Shown here piece after piece: positions 12,181 to 24,201 of a stretch of 64,000 nt of DNA. Origin of the DNA: Diplonema japonicum (taxonomy: Eukaryota > Protista > Euglenozoa: Diplonemea). Every line of letters starts with the position of its first letter. The first letter of the stretch is position 1. The stretch is taken from positions 372,001-436,000 of the forward strand of contig OZ025691.1 in assembly GCA_964019335.1 (NCBI GenBank). The letters are read 5' to 3'. The notes beneath the pieces were generated by a model. The model saw nothing but the letters and a program-made list of their open reading frames with translations, ran no database searches and was not told where the DNA came from. Position numbers and translations under genes: made by a program.

Positions 12181-13994
12181 ATGCCGATTCTCAAGATTTT
12201 GGGCTCCCCCGAGATACTCGCGGGGGTCAAAACCGATGGTAGAAAGGAAATGCTTGTGTGGACTGTGGAACCGGGGAAGCAGCTGGGGAGGCATGCGGAG
12301 AACCTGAAGAGAATTCTAACACTTCCTAACACATTGCCAGGGATGACCGGGTATAAGCTCTACAGAGTAAACCGGGGCGAGAAGGGGGAAGAAATCGACT
12401 GGGACCTAACACACAAAGAAGTATCGGGCACGGGAATGCCCCTGCAACAAATATGGGTAGAAAGGGACGAGTCCGTTCCCATTCCCGTCGAAGAAGAAGA
12501 AGAAGAACAACAACAACAAGAGGAAAAAGAAGAAGAAGCGCCACCTAACCCCCCGCAGCCACAACAACAACAACAACCACAACCACAACAACGTATCAAC
12601 CCACCGCAAGCATCCTCACGGCCGCCTTTTTATGAAGCTGCAAAATGCGGCTGGATCACCATCCGCAGAAAACAAGGCCGCACCCCAGAGTACTACATAC
12701 CTATTGCAGCACCTTTGTCAAGCGGTGGGACAACAAACAGTCTTTGCGGGAAATGCGTGAAACAGCTCCAAGCGGTTGAAGACCGAGTGACGTGGAGCCC
12801 CGTTGACGAGCACCCTGCACCGATACGGCCAAACACTTCCTATGAAAGAGGCTGGATACTCGGGAAATTATCATATGTCAAGAAAGGCGGGAAGTGGGTT
12901 AAGTCATTCGGGGCGGACTGGGAAGACAGGTGGTTCAAGGCAGGCCCAAACGGCCTCCATTACTACTCAACAGATGTCATCAGCGATGGCAACAACACAA
13001 AGGGCAAGGCGAAGAACAGCAAGGTCTTCACATCCCATACGTCGCTCATCCCGGCCCCGAGCAAGGACGAGTTTCCCGCGCTTAAAAACAGGCCCAATTC
13101 TACACTGTGTTTCGGCCTTAGATTTTCACACCCCGAGGAAGCGCTTCTCATGACCGCAAAGGACGAGGCCGACAAGCTTCGATGGATGAACTTCCTGTCG
13201 TCGACTCTTAAAAAGCTCACCCAAGACGAAGCATGGGCTGCCGAGTCCGACCCGGTTACCAACAAGGTAAAAAAAAAAAAAAAGAAATAATAATAATAAT
13301 AAAGGATTTGGTATCGAATACCTTGGCTCGCATCGCGGACTTCAAGGGGATTATTTCTGCAGTTCAGGGACAAACGCAAGAGTATGGAATTAAAAAAAAA
13401 AAAAAAAAAAAAAAATGGAAAAATCAAAAAAAAAGGGAGTTGGAAGAAGCGGCCAATGCGGAGAGAAGGGCGCAGACTGCCCGAGCGGAATGCGAGCATC
13501 TGCTACGCGGGGCTGACAGAGGGGAGGGAGAAGTGGCGAAGATAATGGCACAAATCCGTGCAATGAAGAAGATGCTGGAGTCGGAGCACCACGACGCTGT
13601 AAGAGAACGTGATGAAGCAGTGAGAGAGCTGACAGAAGCAAAGCAGGCTTGTGAAAAGATAGGGAGCCTACTCAGAGAGACGAAGTCGAATGCGTCCAAA
13701 AAGGAGCAAGAAGCGGAAGGTATAAAGGAACAGATACAAAGGCTGAAGGCGGAGAAGGCCGAGTTTGTCGCCAGCAGAAACGAAGTCTTCTCCCGTTGGC
13801 GCAAGATGGAGGAACACCATGTTGCAAAGCACTCCAACAAGACCGCGCTCCTTGCCTTCTCACCGCACGACTCCCCCTGCCACCCACTACGCGTGTCGAA
13901 TGACGAGTACCCTTCCCATTCCAAAATGTTGTTGCTCTCTACTGCATCGCAAGCCCCGCCGCCTAACCTCTCTGCTTACCCATCTCATGAGTGA
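12181..13994 (+). CDS. PH-domain and coiled-coil protein; introns 13267-13304 and 13382-13435
   Basis: PH motifs GKLSYVKKGG..WEDRWF..LHYY..A.DEADKLRWM; poly-A introns join ORF 12181 to the 13233 frame. Confidence 0.75.
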
Positions 13995-14272
13995 TGCCTC
14001 CCCCCCCCCCTTCTTTCTCCTGTAATATTTATTGTTGTTTTTTTTTTTGTAGGGTGTTTATACAGTTTTTTTTTTTTTGTTTTGTTTTCTTCTTTTCTGT
14101 TTATTCTTTCCTGTTTTCTATCCCCCCGCTCGATGCTTTAATTGCTGGCTTACCAGCATTCTTCTCGCTGTATGTCGTGTCTTGCGCGTCGGCCTGCCAC
14201 GCGAGGCATATGGTCACAATACGAGGGGGGTGACCAAGCAAAAAAAATAGAGAAAAAGAAAAGAAAAAAGAA

Positions 14273-14974
14273 ATGGCATCCTCTGGTGTGAAATGGGTGG
14301 TTGCCGGGTGGGCGTACTTTATTACAGAGAACCTCGTCCTCTCCGAGAACCGATCGAAGATAATAGAGGTGCTGGGGGACAAGGGGTACCACGGTGTGTA
14401 TTCCTTCTGCAGCCTCACCTCTGTGGGGAGCATTAGCTATGGTGTCATGAAGTACAGGGTGAGGGGTGGGTCCGTAGGCGGGGCAAGGAGGGTCGTAGGG
14501 AGCTTGCTTGCTGGACTCGGCGCTGGGGGGCTTGCTCAAGGGTTCCCTGCACTAAGGAACGTCATGGAGATAGGGGCGGGTGATGCAAAGTCATTCTGCC
14601 CCATTGATCTTGGGTACAAGAAGAATGCAGAAGGAAAGGAGGTGTACGGGCTTAAGAGAGTGACGCGACACCCCCAGCTATGGTCCCTTGCGGCGCTGGG
14701 CACGGGTGCGGCTATGGTTTCCGCTTGCCCAACTGTCATGGCCACAGGCCTCGGTTTTGTTCCTACCGCAATTTTTCTGGGGGCTCACCAAGACTCACGT
14801 TTTTCCCGTGGCATCGGAGGCACCCTGAGCCCCGAAGCAACCAATACCACCTCCCACTTCCCCTTCGTGGCAATCGCAGACGGCAGTCAGTCTCTCGCAC
14901 AAGCCTGGTCAGAGTGCAAACAAACTAACGCGCTCATGGCCTCTATCGGGGTGTTCCTCTACTCCGTTCTCTGA
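14273..14974 (+). CDS. NnrU-family membrane protein
   Basis: GLKRVTRHPQLW, GAHQDSR and TSHFPFVAI motifs; several hydrophobic helices. Confidence 0.75.
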   Translation: MASSGVKWVVAGWAYFITENLVLSENRSKIIEVLGDKGYHGVYSFCSLTSVGSISYGVMKYRVRGGSVGGARRVVGSLLAGLGAGGLAQGFPALRNVMEIGAGDAKSFCPIDLGYKKNAEGKEVYGLKRVTRHPQLWSLAALGTGAAMVSACPTVMATGLGFVPTAIFLGAHQDSRFSRGIGGTLSPEATNTTSHFPFVAIADGSQSLAQAWSECKQTNALMASIGVFLYSVL

Positions 14975-15012
14975 TGAGAATAAACACAAAAAAAAAAAGA
15001 AAAAAAGGAGAT

Positions 15013-15051
<39 letters not shown>

Positions 15052-15318
15052 CTTCTACCCTTTCCCCGAGGACCGTCAAATTTTAACTTTGTATTCTGAT
15101 TTAGTGAGACTAAAAAAAAAATAAAGAGAAAAAAAGAGAAAAAGAATTGTGGAGGAAAAAAAAAAGGGGGGGGAAAAGGCCCTCGTGTTTTTGTTTTTTT
15201 TTCTTTTTTTATGATATTGCACCCCCCCTTTCCCTGTTTCAATTTACTTTCCTTTTTTTTTTACTGCTTTCTTTATACCCTTCCCTCTCATCCTGTTCAG
15301 CACTACATCCAGACAAGG

Positions 15319-18300
15319 ATGTCGACGAGGGACAATGGCCTGCAGGGCAAAGCGGTACGAACGTCTGCTCATTGGACGAAGCTCCCACCAAACGAGCAGC
15401 ACAGCCTCGCAGCCGACAATGAGCTTAGAAAGGAGGTGCTGAAGGTGAGCCGTGAGGGCGGTTCAAGGATGCTTGAAGCAAGACCACAGGTCGTTTCTAA
15501 AGAATGGACTCCGCTTGTGCCGAAAGAAACCGACCTTGCAAGCACCGTGAACGCGACCGGGGTCAAAACCTGTCTGAAAGAGTTTGTGGAGAAGGGTAAG
15601 ATATCACGCTACACCACGTCCTCTATTAAAGCTCTTCAGGAAGGCGTTTTAAAACACGTTTGCGCGAAAACATCAAACGCATCATATGTAGCTGTCCAAC
15701 GGTGGGCCCCTCGAAACGGAGCATGGGGAGATTGGAATCGTAAGGGAGCTTTGGGAATATTATTGGAATGCGCCGAATCGTGGTGCGAGGGAAATGTGAC
15801 TCCAGGCCTGAGAAGAATTGCAATGCACAACACAGTGGGTGTCGTGAAGGATTCGTTGCAACATTCTGCTGACGGTAGCACAATGCCGCCGCCATCTAAG
15901 AGAATGAAGAAGGAGGTGGACGAACGGGACAGCCTGCCCTGCAGCCCGGACCATCTCCGTAACTTCCTTGATCTCCAAAACAAGGCTGTCATATGGCGAA
16001 CAGACGTCCTCAGTGAAATGGTCAAAGACCACAACGACGCACCAAAGGTCATCATAGAGACCGCCGCCGCGAGCAAACGTGGCGAAGATGTTCTTGCAGG
16101 TCTTGTCGACTCCATCGTGCTACCCAACGACCATGCTATTTGGAGCTATGTCTACCCTGCTTTTTTAGACATTCAAAATGCGCGCAACGAGGCAGCTCGA
16201 TTAGCAAAGCTTCGCGAAGAGTGCAAGGCGAACCTGCAACGCGCCGAGGCGGAGGAAAAAGCGAGGCTTGAAGAAACACGCAAAGCCACCACGCGCGAGG
16301 CTCTCAACGTGAAACGAGGCCTCATCATTAGAACAGTTCGGACAATCACTTCTGGCGACGTTCTCATAGGGGGGCTCCTTGAGTATTTCCCTGAAAAAAA
16401 AACGATTCCAAGAGAAAAAAAGAAAAAGAAAAAAAAATAACCCCACCCCCCCTCAGGGAAAATTAAAAGAAAAGAAAATATAGAAACGGTAAAATGGAGC
16501 TCATCGACGACAGTAATGTCGACGAAGAGAGGGAACGCGTCTCGAAGCAGCGGAGGGAGTTGGAGCACCGCGAGCTGAACCTGAACGTTATAGGGGACTA
16601 CTACCAGACGATTAAGGGGCAGTTTTATCTAAGGGAACCCGTTCTGCACAAGTACCAATCAGCTATAGATTGTTGCAAAGATGAGCTGGACAGAGCCGTT
16701 GCGGATATCGAGAAGAAATACTTCGTTCATGAGGAGCTGCCAGAGCGGACTGTTGATGACGACACAGCTTCATCCGAGGAAGCTGATGAGGTTGCCATCA
16801 AGGTGTTCGACATCGCAAAGGCACACCCCGAACTGTTCGTCCACCTTTACAGAGACGTGTTCCAGGACAATGCCATCGCAGGGTACGTCATGAGCACTGA
16901 GAACACAACAAGCAACATCGGGACAAAACTGCGTGTCATTCAAAATGTGAGAGGTTGTGTGCTGCCCGATCTCACAGACCTCTTCCTTTGCTGCGTCAAG
17001 GAATGCCTCTACGATCACTGCAAGGTCGTCATCGACACACACCACGTCAAGATAGACCCCTCCGTTATGATGTACAGCTGTAAGACGTGCGACCTCTCTC
17101 TGATAGCTTCCCTGTTCTCCCTTAAGAAAGGCCTTCGCGGATGCTTCCTCATCGCTTTTTTGGTGTCCGTCATTGAGGGTGCTCCGCAAAAGGTCATCCA
17201 CGGCCACTTCGACACAGGCAGTTTACGGTTTTTCCCTCCCACAGCCACGTATCCAGGGAGATGTTTCGGGCTTGCTGGTTGCGATAACACTCACGTCGTG
17301 TCTCTTCCTTCCGCGTGTTTCAGAGGAGCTGCGTGTTTTGAAGTGACGGTCAACGCCGAGACACTCTCCTGTCTCGATGAGAAGTTGATCATCGGGTGGC
17401 GCAGTAAGAAGTGTAACGACGCGTGCATCCCTGGGATGGACGAGGCCGGTCTCTCATGGGGCATCTCCTTTGAAATAGAAGACATGTCCCTCCGGGCCTT
17501 GAAGGTGTACTGCGGGGAGACTAACGACATCACGTCGAGCAACGTGCGCATACCCCTGAAGGCTCATGGCGAGTACAAGGTGGGGTGCGTTATAAACAAA
17601 GATCTTGCACACATGAGTGTCTTGGTGGATGGGCGGCAAATAGGGATCGCTTTTCTTGAATGCGCTTTCGATGCCTCCATGTTCCCAGCTGTCTTCCTGA
17701 GAGGCTGCCCGCATGAAGGACATCACGGCTTTCGAGCGATCTCCGTCACATCCAACTTAGAGGAGGTGGTGCACAAGGGTGGCGTCACTGTAACCGACCC
17801 TGTTGCAGTCTTTATGGAGACAGGCGTGGAGCTGTTCGTGGAACACGGCATGGTGGGCTCGCAGGGGATCATCCCGAGTGACATTGTTGAGAGGATAAAA
17901 CTGTTCCCCGAGTGCGGGGACGAGTTCGCTGCCTACAATATAAACGCAAAAAAGAACCTGGCTGCGAACCGGCCGTGCAGCGTGGGGCCGCTGAACCTGT
18001 GCCTGTACCTTGGCTACTATGAATCTGCTCGTCGCTTGGCACAGTCTTCGTACACCGCCCCCGACTCGAAGGATTCCCTCGGCAACACACCTCTTTTTCT
18101 TGCTGCAGGACGTGGCTACACATCTATCGTTAGTATACTCCTCTCCAGACGAGCTGACGTCAGCCTTGTTTCAAGCTCAGGCGTAACTGCACTTCACGCA
18201 GCACTCATCGGCGGTTCAGAACCTGTTGTTCTCATGATCCTCGATGCTGTCGAAAAGTTGGAGAGCAGCAAAGCCCTCTCTGTGTTGAACCACTTGCCGG

Positions 18301-21300
18301 GTGCATACAAGGAGTCGGCGCTGCTCACCAGCATACGGTGTGGGAACATCCAGGTTGTGCAGAAGCTGATCGATTTGAAGGTAGCGCACGGGTATCCCAA
18401 CAGTAGAGGGGACTATGTTGTTACATTCGTTTGTAAGACAGGCTCTGAGGAGGCTGCTGAGATAGTGCTCAGCTCGCCACTCGTGACGACAGAAGATGTC
18501 AATAAAAAGGAGGCCACGCCCAGCCGTGCCACCGCGCTGCATTACGCCGTGAGCAGGGGCATGGTCGGTACTGTGGAAATGTTGCTTGCAAAGGGTGCGG
18601 ACCCGAACCCGAAGCTGAAGGATGGCAGCACGCCGCTCGTTCTGGGGATACGAAGCAAAGAGGAGCAGGTTGTGGGGATGCTGCTGCGGCAGATGGACGC
18701 CGACGACCTCACTGTGCGGGACAAGGCTGGCAACACCCCGCTGCACCTTGCATGCACTCTGGGCTTGAACGACTCCGTCGCGCGGCTGCTGCAGCTAAAC
18801 GCACGTGTGGTGGGGATTCCAAACAAGCTGGGCGTGACGCCATTGATGTCCGCACTCGTACACCTTCACTTCCACATAGCACTTGAGGTGGCAATGCGGT
18901 CGCCTGCCACTAATATCGACGCCACGGACTACCAGGGCTACAGCGCCTTGTCGCACGCAGCTGCTGTTGGGTGCATACCCGTCATTGAGTGCCTCCTTGA
19001 CCAGGGGGCTGACGTGTGCGTCAGGAACAAAAGCAATAAATGCCCCTTGCTGCTGTGCATTGAGTTTGGCAAAGAGGAGGCGGCACTTGAGCTTCTCAAT
19101 GTAGCTCACTCGCGCATTAATTTTGTGAAAGACCCCAACGGCACTTTGGCAGACTACGCCTTCAGGGCGGGAATGGAAAAACTGTTCAAAAAGCTGCTCT
19201 CGCTAGGTGTGTCGAGTGCATATCTAAACGAAAAGGTGCCTGTGAAATTGCTCCGGCAGCAAAGCGCCAAGGCAATTGCCAGGAGACAAAAGTTAAGTTT
19301 CATTGCAGCTGACAGTCCCCATGGCCAATCCTGCATTAGAAGATCGGTTGTTCGCTCGTTCTGTGAAGTGGGATGTGTCCTATCGTGCGACTTCATAGCA
19401 ACAAATGAAATTCTGCAGGCAGCTCGGCTCAGCGTGCACATCTCTTGGGAGGTGCAAGACGAGGTACTCGCCTGTGCATTGTTGGCATTGGCAGCCGTGT
19501 GCACATTTCCCGGTTACACTCCGCCCCTGGCGAGGACCGATGAAGAGGTGCTGCGGCACCACATGTGCTTATGGTGCGCAGAGCACTTGAACGACTTCGC
19601 TGCGTACAGTGCACTGTCCCAGCTTATTGAAAGCAACTCTGACGACCACCCCCTGCTTAACGACCCCCCGTGCAGCGCGTTACAGTTAAGGAACTTCGTG
19701 TGGCCCTTACTCGGGACATTCGAGGAACAGGTAGAGTACGTTAAAGGTTTAGAGCTGGATACATGCACAGCTCATTTTGAGGTGTCTAGTACCTTATTCA
19801 TAGATGCTGAACAGCCTATGAGGAAGGTACTTGAAGGCATTGTAGGGGAAGACCCTTCTGCTTGCGAGGAGATCCGGAGCCACCCCGAGCTGAGGGGTGT
19901 AACCAATACGCTGGGGATGAACGTGCTGCACGTGGCGTGCGTGATGGGCGACCTTGAATGTGTAAGAGCGGCACTGGACATTGGTGCTGACATCAACACA
20001 CCGTGGCACGGAGGGCATTCACCCCTTATGCTAGCCATCGCGAACAAACATGCAAACATAGTTTACGAGCTACTGAGCCACCTCGAGTTAGACATTGAGA
20101 TGAAGTCACGGACTGGCTGCACCGCCTTGTCTGCTTCGTTGGTGCACTTGCCCGAGGTGGCCAAGGTCATCCTCTCAAAGCCGTCTGCCCCCGTGATGCA
20201 AACGTGGAACGACGTGTATCCACTGTCTCTGGCCATCAAGCAAGGGTTTAGCATCGGGGTCATCCAAACATTGTTACAGACCGCAAACACACTGCAGGGC
20301 GGCATGTTGGGCTTTGCTTTGGAGGCGTGTGCCCTGCAGAACCTGGATGTAGTGGAGGCGTGTGTTGCATCCATCGACGTGGTGCGGGGCCACATGCTGC
20401 TGGTGAGCCTCATCGAGCACCTCCCATCAGACCAAGCGCTGCAGGCACGAGTTGCGAAACTAGTCAAGCACGCGATGCTGCACACATTGTCGCAAGCTTC
20501 CGTGTGGAAGAACAACCTTACGCAGAACATCTTGCATTTGTGCTGCAAGGCGCAAGCCGTGAAGATCATCGACACCATACAGCGAGCCATTGGTAACGAG
20601 CTGTCAGTGTCGGAGAAGGATAAGTGCAAGAAGACCCCCCTCGAGTATTTAAATGGTTCCACCGATCTGGACAAGTCTACTGGCGTCGCACGGTTGATAA
20701 AGAAGACGGACATGAAGAGAGTCCGAAAGTGGTTGTTGAAGAACAGCACTTTGCTAAAAGAAAGGTGCATGGTGAGTATGGTATTCAAATTGACGGACAG
20801 TGCTGTGCTGGCAGAAAACACGGGCAAGGCGGGGAACGATCTGGCGTTCGAGTTCTGGGTGTGCATTGTGCTGGTGATGTGGTTTCGAGGGGACAGCACT
20901 CTGGTGTTCGAGAAGACACCGCACGCATGGGTGAAACGGTGCGACCCGCTACTGTGCGTGTCCTTCTTGCACATGGCGTTTCTCTCGTCGGCGGTCAACA
21001 GGAGCTTTTGTTCACCGCCGAGCAGGCAAAACAGCTGTATGAGGTACACACCCGTACCGCCAGCCTTTTCGGCGAACGCAATGGATATAAGAAGCACCCG
21101 AAGCACACCTTTCGAGCATTTTGTAACGCACCTGATGAACATACGAAACAAAGCAGATCAGGACCACTCGGGGAAGGTCATGGAGCTGCTAGCAAGGTTC
21201 GGGCACCATCGAATCCTGCGCATGCTGCTGTCCAGATACACAAGCGTCATCGTCGACATGCCTGTCGTGACGAGAATGCGAGTTGTTCAAGCAGCAGCGG

Positions 21301-22226
21301 CAAGCTGTCGTGCAGACTGTTTAGAAGTCCTCACAACCACAGACAAAGGCTGGTTCGCAGACTCTTCTGTGCGAAGGGTGCTGTTTGAATGCGTCATCAC
21401 CGGGAAGGAGAACTCCGAAGGCGAAAAAGACAGATGCGTGCAGCTGCTTCTAAACTGCCGCTACCCACTGTCCATCAAAACCCTGCAATGGATAGAACAG
21501 CGTGAAGGGACGCTGGACGTTAAGAGCACTGCCCTACAGGACAACCTCCTACACATCGCTGTCATCAACAGCCAGTCTGATGTGGTCGAGATGCTGCTCA
21601 AGTCCGATAGCTTTTCGTTCACCGCGGAACCGAACATTTTCAACCTGAGAGCGATCGAGTATGCAACCCGACCGAACACTTGGAAACTGATTCGAGAAGA
21701 CGAGCGGAACATAGGGTTTACAGTGAGGTGTCCCGACTTTTTGATAAATTGGTCCGATCTGCAGGTGAGAGCCGGGAAGGTGGGTGCAATGGTGCCACCT
21801 GTTAAGACGTTGCTACAAGCTTTGGAGGAGGAGTGTTTGATTGTCGAAACAGCAGTCGAATCTGAATTTACAGGTACTTGGACGGTGTCATCGACTATGG
21901 CGCAGCTGAATAAAGCAGCTGCTTCGATTGGTATAAAGATGTTGAAGATTCCCAGTCTCGTGCCTGTCCAGTTCCAGGCGTCACTTTGTGATGTTGATGT
22001 GCACCGTATCTCGCCTCCCATGAGGCATATGGCGCTTCGTCATCAGCTAGAAGCTATTAATCTCCGTTCATTCCACGTAGAGGTTCCCTTCACGCCCTTC
22101 TGGGGTTACCCCAAGAAGCCGTACACTATTCAGAGGCAATCCATACCTATCGGCCCCCCAATCCCCGAGCCGCCCGCCCCGCGCCGCTACAGCACCTTTA
22201 CCCCGTTCGGTAAGAAGCACGATTGA
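15319..22226 (+). CDS. Large ankyrin-repeat protein with a SPRY-like domain; probable 5' exon 15319-16382 joined to the 16494 ORF by intron 16383-16483
   Basis: Many G.TPLH/TALH ankyrin motifs; SPRY-like CFEV..IGW..PG..SWG..VGC..MFPAV; GTATTT...ATATAG intron gives in-frame LLE-NGK-MELIDD; no T-tract between the ORFs. The ankyrin ORF is secure, the fusion is inferred. Confidence 0.7.
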
Positions 22227-22521
22227 ATGGCAATCCCTCTCCCCCCCCAAAAAAAAGAAAAATGTTTTCACATTTTTTTGTTCTCTCTCAGTTTTAGGGC
22301 TGTTGCTCTTTTTTTTTTTTTTTTATCTTTCTTTTTTTTTACCCCGAGGCTTCGGTCAGTTGCTTTTTTTTATCTTCCCACTCCCACTTTCTCTGCGACT
22401 TTTTCTTTTTCTGTAAAACACGAGAATTATAAAAAAAGCACAAAAGAAAAAGAAGAAGAAGAAAAAAAGGTGGTGGTGGGGTGTGTGATTTGTCTTTTTC
22501 GAAAAATAAGACAAAAGAAAA

Positions 22522-22603
22522 ATGGCGTTGCCACCGATCTCAGTTAAGGAAGCCATTGAAAACTGGTTGGACACGCAGTGGGAGAAGAACAAGATAGCGG
22601 TAT

Positions 22604-22638
<35 letters not shown>

Positions 22639-23302
22639 AATCTCATTTTTTCCCCAGGCAAAGGAAAAGGTGGAAAAGGCTGCGGAACGGGGTAATATTA
22701 TAGAATATGTTGAGCCTTTGAGGCCCGTGGCGGCGGAGGAGACGGACGCCAGACTGTTTGCAGGAGGAAACGGAAAACTTCCACCAATTCAGAAGATGGA
22801 TAAAGAACTGCAAACGCTCAAGAAATGCCAGGTTTTAAGGCTCTCCACGAACTGCATCGAGAAGATCGGACCTGGGCTGAACGCGCTGCAGCACTTGGAG
22901 ATCCTGTCCTTGGGCAGGAACAAAATCAAGAAGCTTGAAAACCTCGATCTGCCCAACCTACGAGAGCTGTGGATCTCATATAATCTCATCGACAAACTCT
23001 CGGGACTGGATAAACTGCGCAACCTGCAGGTGCTTTATATGTCAAACAACCTTGTAGGGAAATGGATAGAGGTCGATAAGCTTTCAAACAACAATTCGCA
23101 ATTGAATGATCTCCTTCTTCTCAACAACCCCCTTTGGTATGAAACTGTAGGGTCGGAAGGTAAGGTCGAGGCCCACGAACGCAAAGAATGGAGGGTCCAG
23201 CTCCTCATCCGTCTCCCTGGCCTCACAAAGCTTGACGGTGAACCAGTGGAACCCGAAGAACGAGAGGACGCGGAGAAAAGAAAACTGGAATTGATGCGCT
23301 GA
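22522..23302 (+). CDS. DNAL1: Dynein axonemal light chain 1 (LC1, LRR protein); intron 22600-22657
   Basis: MALPPISVKEAIENW / PPIQKMD..L..C..LRLSTNCIEKI..LEILSLGRNKIK..ELWISYNLIDKL..VLYMSNN..LTKLDGEP. Confidence 0.9.
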
Positions 23303-23518
23303 AAAAAAAAAAAAAAAAAACTTCTTTTTTTTTTTATTGTTATGATGTGAATATATAATTTTTCTTTTAAGATAACAAGGGGGTGGGGACAAAAAAAAAA
23401 TATATCTCACCTCCCCCTTTTTTAGGTTTCCCCCTCCATTTTTTTTTCCCCCCCCCATAGATAACATTATAGGAGAGGGAGGGGGAAGAGGGGAGAGAAC
23501 GGCAAAAAAAAAAGAAAA

Positions 23519-23959
23519 ATGTGCACACCCTCAAATTGCATTAACATGCGGGACAAGGGAGGTGGCTACGTGGAACACGAAGGCGGCAGGAAGTACAAGG
23601 AATGCTTGGAAAAGGCAAATGGGAAACGGGGTTTAGAATGTGCGTGCACCACCGAGGTCTGGAAATGCCTCAAAGACCCAAAAGGGGGGAACTGCTTAGT
23701 CGCCAACGCCACCAACCCAGTAGACGAAGCTGGTTCTTGGTGTTCGAAATACGTAGTTCACCAAGACCTCGGGTGCAACCCTATCCTCTGTGGACCCATT
23801 CCAAGCCGAGCCGATGAGCTCCCCTCTCCAACAGTTGCCTTTGTGCTTATGGCCATTGTTCTTATGTCTATAATACACATGTCTTTTAAGTACCACGCGA
23901 GCACGGCAGCTTGGCAGCAGGCCTTCGGTACCTCGAGCAACCAGAAGAAAAAACGATAG
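23519..23959 (+). CDS. Small Cys-rich protein with a C-terminal TM helix
   Basis: 146 aa, 10 Cys, hydrophobic VAFVLMAIVLMSII. Confidence 0.65.
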   Translation: MCTPSNCINMRDKGGGYVEHEGGRKYKECLEKANGKRGLECACTTEVWKCLKDPKGGNCLVANATNPVDEAGSWCSKYVVHQDLGCNPILCGPIPSRADELPSPTVAFVLMAIVLMSIIHMSFKYHASTAAWQQAFGTSSNQKKKR

Positions 23960-24201
23960 GGGTGATTCACTTAATAATACTCAAAACCGGTTTCTTGGGG
24001 GCAAAAACCAGCGGTGCCAGGCCCTGTGTAATGAAGAGACCATTCTCACCCACAGGGACAAATCCTGATGGGAAGTTGTGTGCATGAGAACATTTTTGAA
24101 TTTCAGTATTTCTTTTTTGGGTACCAAGTGAATTACCCCTATTTTATTATTATTATTATTACTAAACAATTGTCGAGAAGCCAACAGCCCATCCAGGTAA
24201 A

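Noticed and set aside
10601-13994. PDK1-like kinase and adjacent PH gene as a split PDK1
   Set aside because: Each has its own stop, spacer and leader; the PH protein has unrelated flanking domains
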